64,000 nucleotides of DNA from an uncultured Collinsella sp. (lineage in GTDB: Bacteria > Actinomycetota > Coriobacteriia > Coriobacteriales > Coriobacteriaceae). The stretch is from NCBI GenBank assembly GCA_900547345.1, contig URGG01000001.1, forward strand, positions 2,994 to 66,993, written 5' to 3'. The notes beneath the pieces were generated by a model that saw only the letters and a list, made by a program, of their open reading frames with translations, did not search any database and was not told where the DNA came from. Shown here one piece after another: positions 48,601 to 57,600 of the stretch; within the stretch, counting starts at the first letter, position 1; each line of letters begins with the position of its first letter. The position numbers were made by a program, and so were the translations under genes.

Positions 48601-51600
48601 TGGAGGCTTGCTTTAAGCTCAAGGACTATGCGGTGCATGTCAACGATGCGCAGGCGACCGATTCGTCGCAGGACTATGCGCACCTGAGTGTTACCGCCCA
48701 AAACTGCTATCGCAATGCCGGCGAGACGGTTGAGGTTTCCGCCGTCACGGATAACGCCCTGTTCCTGGGCTGGTATCTGGGCGAGGGCGATGATGCGTAC
48801 GCCGCGAGCGATCAGCTCGACTTTACCTATACGGTGGACAAGGCGGACGCGATTGTGTCCGAGGACAAGACTGACGCTAGGATCGAGATCACTCCGCGAT
48901 ACTGCGCTCCGCAGGCGAGCGTTGTGCTGAGTGTGGATGGGGTCGATGAGAACGGGCAGCCGCTCGGGCAGTTCCTTTCCACCGGTCTTTACGGTATCGG
49001 GTCGCGCGTCACGGTCGTGGCCGTCCCGTCGCCCGGTTATGTGTTTGACTATGCGACCGATGCCCTCGGTAACGTTGTCTATTCCGGCGACGATGGTCCG
49101 TCCTACACGTTTGTGCTCGAGGGAGATGTGCAGTACACCGCGCATTTCCGGGAGGCGACTGACCCCGATGAGTCACTTGCGGCGCTGAAGGCCGCGCTCA
49201 TCGCCGCGATTACGGCTGCGGCCGTTCTCGCTACCATGTATGGCTTGGGCGAGATCGTCGATCCCATCGCGGCCGATGCGGTAATCGAGATCGGTATGGC
49301 CGACAATATCGAGGATGTTGCCGCTGTGGGCACCAAGGTGCTCAAGGAGATTAAGGACATCATCGACGACCACAAGAAGCCCAAGCCTCATGGCGACCAT
49401 AAGATCGAAATAATTGCCACCGCGCAGCCCGAGGTGGGCGGCGTCGTTACCGGAGGCGGTATCCACTATGAGGGGACGGTCGCCACGCTCGAGGCTGTCG
49501 CCAATCCCGGCTATCACTTCGTATGCTGGAAAGAGAACGGTGTCGAGGTCTCGACATCTCCTCTCAAGACGATGACGATTACGGACCTGACGCCCGAGGT
49601 CGTAAAAATGACGGCCGTTTTCGAGAAAAAAGTCGAGATTACGGCGGTTGCCGAAGCCGATGGCATTCAGGCCGATTTTTCGACAGGCTGCACCGCAAGC
49701 CCTGTAAAGCAGAGTATTACGCGTGGCGATCAGGCTATGGTCACCGCGAGCGAGGGTCCCGACTATGCCTTTGTGGGATGGTTCGAGGACGGCATCGAGG
49801 TTTCGCCCGAGCGTACGTATATCTTCAAGGCCGAGGTCGACCGCCATTTGGTTGCACGCTTCCGCAAGGCGGATAAGACCATCCTGGTGAATACCGATCC
49901 CTTCGACAGCGCCGAGGTGCTGTGCGATGGCGTGCCGGTTGTGGATGGCAAGGTTCGCGCGAAGGATGGGGACATTCTCACGTTTACGATGCGGCCCAAG
50001 GTGCGCCCCGACAATCCGGAGAAGACGTATCGGTTTGTGGAGTGGCGCGAAACCGATGCGCAGGGCATCACAATTGCCAACAAGCAGGAAGTTTGCGAAT
50101 ACCGCGTTAACGGCAATGCCCGAATCGAGGCTGTAATGGACGGTAGGGATACGCATACCGTGCGTGCCGAGGCCGACCCGCTCGAGGGCGGTACCGTTAC
50201 GCTGAAGCGCGGCGAGACTGCTGGCATGGTGCTCGAGGTTCCCGAAGACGAGCGCGTGACCGCGGAGGCCACCCCATCCGAGGGCTATATCTTTGACGGC
50301 TGGTATCTGAGCAACGGCGGCTCGGATGCCACGTCGACGCTGGTTTCGAGCGATCGCTCCTATACCTTTGAGCCCATTACCGACTGCGTGGTCCAGGCGA
50401 AGTTTACGCGTGCCTGCAAGGTGGACGTTGTCGTTGAGCCGGCCGCGGCCATGGCGGGCAAATATTTAGTGCACGGCGAGGGCTACTGCATGAAGGGCGA
50501 GCCTGCCACGCTGAGCATTGAGCTCACGGCCGAGGCGAGCAAACAATTTGCCTTTAAGGGCTGGTACGACGCCAAGACGGACCTGCTTTTGGGCACCGAC
50601 CCCAGCTACCTTGAGTTCTATCCCGAGGACGTGGAGTGCACCGTGCGCGCGGTGTTCGAGGAAAATACCTATACCGTAACGGCAAAAGCCAAGAAGACCT
50701 TCGTGGAGCGCGGTACGGTTGAGATCGAGGGGCACCCGGGGGCGTCTTCTGTTACCTGCGGATACGGCGATACGGTGATGCTCAAGGCAAAGGCCAACGA
50801 CGGCTATCGTTTTGACCATTGGAAGGACGGCTCCGGTAAGGAGTACGAATCTGCCGAGCTAGTCGTTAAGGTCACCAAGAGCGATACCTATACCGCGATC
50901 TTTACCGACTCAAAGCCCGAGGTCATGGTCACGGCCGATTCGTGGCTCGGCGGTACCGTGACGTGCAATGGGACCGTGGTGAAGCCTGCGACCGATAAGT
51001 TCAAATTGGGGGAGACCCTTCATCTGACGGCCAAGGCTCGTCCTGGCTATTTGTTCTGGGGTTGGTACGTCAACGGGCGCCTGAAGAGCCTTAAGCACGA
51101 GACCACGTTGGTTGCCAAAGCTCGCGGCAAAACCGGGCACTGCGTCATTACCGCGGGCTTTGTGCCTATCGATACCGTCTGCGTGCCCCTCGCCGATCCT
51201 GCGGAGGGCGGCACCGTCAAGGCGAGCCGAATCCTTGCCGACCGCGGCGCGGAGGTTGCCCTTAAGGCAACGCCCAATCCCGGTTATGTCTTTACTGGTT
51301 GGTATACGGCCGACGGCACGTTTGAGTCTGCCGATGCGGAGTTCACCTGCCACCAGGAGCGCAGCCATGTGCACGTTGCTCGCTTTATGGCAAAAAGCTA
51401 TGAAGTCGACGCCACGACGGTAGTCGATTCCGGTACCGGTTCGCTGGTCGAATCGAGTGCCGCCGGCTGGGTCGAGGGCACGGGTACCGTTGAGGCGGGG
51501 CATGCCGCCACGCTGACCGCGCATGCGCTTTCGGGCTATGCGTTTGAGTATTGGGCCGATGCTTCGGGCGCCGTGGTAAGCCGTGACAGCACCTATCACG

Positions 51601-54600
51601 TGGTGCCGTCGTCCGACACGACGCTCCAGGCCGTGTTCTCGGCAAAACAATATACGGTGGACGTCTCGTGCGAAGAGAGCATGGGCTCGGTCGAGGGAGC
51701 GGGGACGTATGCCGCCGGTCAGGTTGCAACCGTGCGTGCGGTCGCCGCCGAGGATACGGCTTTTGTGGGCTGGTTCCAGAATGGCACGTGCGTGAGCTCC
51801 AAGAAAACCTATCGATTCACCGTGCGTGAGGACACGTCGCTCTATGCCGTCTTTGCGTCGGGTTCGTATGTCGTGCATACCGTTGCTTCGCCTGCCGAGG
51901 GTGGAGCCGTGAGCGGCTTTGGTGGCTATGAGGCCGGCGACCGCGCAACGCTTCGCGCGACTGCAAACACCGGGTATTCGTTTGCGGGTTGGACGGACGA
52001 CAAGGGCGACTCAGTCAGCGAGAACGCCGACTATACCGTTAAGGTCACAGGTGACGCCACCTATACGGCGACCTTTACGCCTAAGTCCTATCAGGTCTTT
52101 TTGAGTGCGAGTGAAGATAGCGTTGGCACCCTGAGCGGCGAGGGTTCCTATCAATTCGGTGATACGGTCGAACTCAACGCTACGCCTGTGGGAACCAAAC
52201 GTTTTGTCGGCTGGTATGTCCTGGATGCCGAGGGCAACAAGTCGCTGCTGAGCTGCGACGCCCATTGTTGGGTTAAGCTCGACAAGGATATGGTCGAGGG
52301 GCTCGAGGACGATATGTTGGAGCTCCGGGCCGTGTTTGCCGATCCGTACGAGGTGACCGTTACGGGCGAGGTCGTGGTGAAGGACAAGGCTTCGAACAGG
52401 GGCTGCCGTGTTACGGGCAGCGGTAGCTTTGCCGTGGGCGATCAGGTGGAACTGACCGCTGTTGCCGGTATGGGCTATCGCTTTGTGGGCTGGAGCACCG
52501 ATAAGGAGGGCACCTCGATTGTCGAGACCGCGACGACCCTCGATGTGACCGCCACGCAGGACATAACGTACTACGCGCAGTTCGAATCCGATGGACAAGT
52601 GACCATTACCGTCACGGGGTCGTCCATTTTCCGCGGTACGGCCCTTCTGGTCGACGGCATTCCTGCCGGTAGCAGGTCGTACGACAGGGGCGACATGTTT
52701 ATGGCGATCGCGATCCCGTGGAAGAAGTACCACTTTTCGCATTGGGTCGACGATGCGGGTGTCACGGTGAGCTACAGCGCGTTCTATATCGGTACTGCAA
52801 AGGAGAATAAGCAGCTTACGGCCGTGTTCTATGAGACGGGCTGCGATGTTCAGGTCGCTACGTATCCCAAGGGCGCGGGCTTTAGCATGGTTGCGCTTGG
52901 TACCGGCGGCTCCTACCACTCCGCGGCGATTATGTTTACCGTGCCGCACGAGGGTTGGAAGTTTAAATACTGGGTCGACGAGAACGGCATGCCTGTGGGC
53001 GCCACACCGGTGATCAACCGCGTAGTATTTGGCAACCGTACTTTTACGGCCGTTTATGAGCGGGCGTCGATGACGGTTACGGCTGTGGATTCGCGTCAGG
53101 GCGGACACGTCGAGGGTTCCTCCGAGGACGAATCTCTGGGCTATGCCGTGACCAACGAAGTCGAGAACGGTGAGTCCACGACCCTGACTGCCGTTCCCGA
53201 TGCGGGCTATGTGTTTGATGGGTGGTATGCGCGCAATGACGACGGGTCGTTGGGCGATGAGCCGCTGAGCACGGATGCTACCTGGACGTTTGTCCCCGAG
53301 GACAACATGACCGTCGAGGCGCGCTTTGCGGAGGCGCCTAAGTACAAGGTGACGGCCCGAGCGGTCAACGGATCGGTTGATCCGGAGTCTGCTTTGGTCG
53401 CTACGGATGGCAAGGTGACGCTTTCGGCGACGCCCGATGAGGGCTGCTATCTGACGCGCGTGACTGTTGCCGAAGAGGCAGGTGATGACGGTTCGGCCGG
53501 CAATGCCTATGGCCTTGATATTTCTGACTATAAGGGTGGGGCGTACGAAGTCACACTGAGTGGCGTGAGTGCTCCGCAGCAGGTCACATTTGAATTCGCG
53601 AAGGCTGCGGCTCCGGAGGTGCTCGCTCAGCCGCAGGATGCGAGTGCTTACGAGGGCGATCCGGTTGAGCTTTCGTTCGCCGCCGAGGCGGGGCGCAATG
53701 TTCGCGTCCATGCGGCCGTATCTTCTGGATCCGCTGCAGACGTCAAGCTGAGCTACCAGTGGTATCGCGTGTCTGACGATGGTGGCAAGGCGGTGGCGCT
53801 GAAGGGCGAGACGGGGGAGACTCTTTCGATCGTTCAGCTCGACAGCGACGGCGAGGGCGAGTACTTCTGCCGCATTACGCAGAACTACCTGGGCACGGTG
53901 ACAAAGACGGATACCGAACATGCGAAGGTATCCATCGTGCCCCGAGAAGCACTTGTGTTTAATGGGCGTGTGCTGCCGGTGGCGACCGCTCACGATGAGT
54001 ACCGTGCAGAGATTGCCGGCGCTACGGGCGGCAAGGCACCGTATGCGTACAACTTGGATGATGTTGAGGTTCCTGAGGGCATGCAGCTGACGTTGGCAGA
54101 TGACGGATCGGGCGCCTTGGTGCTCTCGGGCGTGCCTGCGGCTACGGGTGTTTGTCGCTTTAAGATTTCGTGCACCGATGATCTGGGCGACAAGTGCGAT
54201 GCACACTTCGCGCTGCTCGTGAAGGCGAAGGAAGCCTCGCTTGCATTTGAGGGCCAGACCTTTACCTACAACGCGACGGCGCAGGCCCCGGAGCTTTCGG
54301 GCGTGCCCGAGGGTTGCGAGGACGATGTCGAACTGACCTATGTTGGCACGGGCGACACGCATTACTCGTCGGATCAGGCGCCGGTGGATGCCGGCACGTA
54401 TCGTGTGGTGGCGACGCTCGATGCCAAGGGATATGTCGGTAATGCATCCTGTGACTTCACGATCGAGAAGGCCCCGGTCGATATTTCGATCGAGACGTCT
54501 GATGTGACATACGATGGCGCACGACACGGTGCGGCGGTTGCGGTTGCCGGCCTTGATGCGTCTGCCTATTCCGTTACCTATTGCGGTATAGATGGAACGT

Positions 54601-57600
54601 CCTATGGTTCGACGGCGCTGGAGCCGTGCGACAGTGGCAACTATCGCGTTACGGTTAAGGTGACTGACCCCAACTATCAGGGTAAAAAGTCCGCCGAGTT
54701 CTCGATTGCAAAGGCAAGCCAGGCCATTACGGGAACGACGAGCTATTCGGGTGTTTACGGTGGAGACCCCATTGTGTTTAACAACGTTGCCCAGACTCCC
54801 GTGAGCTTTGAGCTGGTTGATTCCGATGGCGATGCGAGCCCGGTTTCGATTAAGGGACGCTGCGCGACGGTGAAGGCTGCCGGTACGGCACGTGTTGTCG
54901 CCCATGCCAAGGCGTCTCGAAACTACCTTGCCGCCGAGGACGTCGAGTTGACGGTTTCCGTTGCACCTGCCCAGTTGCTGGTGAAGGTCGACGATGCCGA
55001 GCGCTTTGAGGGCCAGGAAAATCCCGAGTTTACTTCCAGCTTGGTGAGCCGTTGCGACACCTCGGACGTAAAGGTTACGTACTTCTGCTCGGCGAATAAG
55101 AAATCTCCGGCGGGTGAGTACCAGATTGATGCGGCGGTCGCCGATCCGAACTTTGATGTCGCGGTCGACCCTGGCACGCTGACGGTCAAGAAGAAGCCCG
55201 AGCACTACAAGGTGACGGCGAAGGCAGTCAACGGTTCGGTCGACAATGCTTTGGTTTCGGTTGTTGAGGGCGGGGACGCGATCCTCTCGGCGGCACCCGA
55301 CGAGGGCTGCTATCTCGAGCGCGTGACGGTCGCGCAGGCCGGCTCGGGTGCGACCGTTGACCTCGACATTTCTGATTACAAGGGCGGGTCGTACGAGGTC
55401 ACGCTGAGCGATGTCACCGCATCGCAGGAGGTCACGTTCGAGTTTGCGAAGGCGGACGCTCCGCGTGTGGTCGCGCAGCCGCAGGACGTGAGCGTCCATG
55501 GGGGCGATTCGGCTGTGCTCTCGGTTGCGGCCGAGGCAGGCAAAAACGTCGCCGACCACGCGGCCTCGTCCACGGGTTGCGCTGCCAAGATTGAGCTTTC
55601 GTACCAGTGGTTCCGCATGGTGAATGGCAAGGCCGTGGCGCTCGAGGGCGAGACGGGGGAGACGCTCTCGCTCGCGGATCTCGATGACGAGCAGGCCGGC
55701 GAGTATTTCTGCCGTATCACTCAACGCTACCTTGGTACTGAGAAGCAGGTGGAAAGCGATCGCGCTGTCGTTTCCGTTGTGCCCCGGGATGCCCTTGTGT
55801 TCAACGGCGGTCTGCTGCCGGTAGCGAGTGCCCACAGCACGTACCTCGCAACGATTGCCGGGGCCGCGGGCGGCAAGGCTCCGTACGAGTGCGCATGGGA
55901 TGAGACGAAGCTCCCCGACGGGCTCGAGCTTTCCCGTACTTCGGGCGGGCTGACGCTCTCGGGCGTTCCGTCCAAGACGGGCGTTTCCGCTTTCGATGTC
56001 ACGTGCACGGATGCCCGTGGCGAGGCCATGACCGCCCGCTTTGCGCTCGTTGTCCAGGCAAAGCACATAAAGCTGTCGTTTACGGATGGCGACTTTACCT
56101 TCAATGGCGCGTCGCAGGCGCCCGAAGTTTCCGGTGCTCCCAAGGTCTGCAAGGGCGACCTTAGGGTCTGGTACCTCGGTACCGGAAGCACGCAATATTC
56201 CTCGACGGAGGCCCCGACCGATGCCGGCACATACCGCGCTGTCGTCATGCTGCGCAGCCACGGCTACATCGGTGCCGCTGCCTGCGAGTTCGAGATCGCT
56301 CCGGCAAAGCTCAAGGTGAAGGTTGACGACGCCGAGCGCTTCGAGGGAGAGGCGAACCCAGCGTTTACCTCGTGCCTGGAGAGTGCGGTTGATACTTCGG
56401 GTGTGAAGGTCGAGTACTCCTGCGATGCCGATGAGAGCTCTCCTGTTGGCGAGTACCAGATCGGCGCGACGGTCACCGACTCGAACTTCGATGTCGAGGT
56501 CGTGCCCGGAACGCTGACGGTGAAAAAGAAGCAGGATCCCGTCGATCCAGACCCGGACAATCCGGATCCCGATCAGCCTGATCCTGGTCCCAATCCCGAT
56601 CCGGACAATCCGGACCCGGGCAACCCTGATCCCGATCAGCCGGATCCCAACCCCGACAACCCCGACCCGGATAAACCGGATCCCGATAACCCGGACAAGC
56701 CCGAGCGCTTTGAGGTGACGGCAAAGGCGGTCAACGGTTCGGTCGACAACGCTTCCGTTACCGTTGATGCCGGCGGCGACGTGACGCTCTCGGCGATGCC
56801 CGACGAGGGCTGCTTCCTCGAGCGGGTGACGGTCACGGAAGCCGGCTCGGACAAGGCCATCGATCTCGATATCTCCGACTATGAGGGCGGAGCGTACGAG
56901 GTCACGGTGAGTGACGTCACCGCGTCGCACGAGATTACGTTCGAGTTCGCGAAAGCGGACGCTCCGAAGGTGATCGCGCAGCCACAGGACGCGAGTGCCC
57001 ACGAGTGCGATGCCGTTGTGCTCTCGGTTGCTGCCGAGGCGGGCAAGGGCGTCCTCGACCACACGTCCTCGTCCACGGGTCCTGCCGCCGATGTCGAACT
57101 TTCCTATCAGTGGTTCCACATGGTGGGCGGCGAGGCCGTGGCGCTCGAGGGCGAGACGGGGGAGACGCTCCTCATCGAGGGCCTCGATGACGATTGCGCC
57201 GGCGAGTATTTCTGTCGCGTCACCCAGCGCTACCTTGGTACCGAGACACAGGTGGAAAGCGATCGTGCTGTCGTTTCCGTTGTGCCCCGGGATGCCCTTG
57301 TGTTCAACGGCGGTCTGCTGCCGGTCGCACGTGCGCATAGCACGTATCGCGCAACAATTGCGGGCGCCGCGGGTGGCGAAGCTCCGTATGAGTACACGTG
57401 GGACGATGCTAAGCTTCCCGAAGGGTTTAAGCTCAACCGCACGGCGGGTGGTCTGACGCTCTCGGGCACCCCGTCCAAGGCCGGAGTGTCTACCTTTGAC
57501 ATCACGTGCAAGGACGCTCAGGGCAAGACCGTGACCGCGCACTTCGTTCTGGTCGTTCAGGCGAAGCGGATCGAGCTTGCATTTGAGGGTGGCAACTTCG

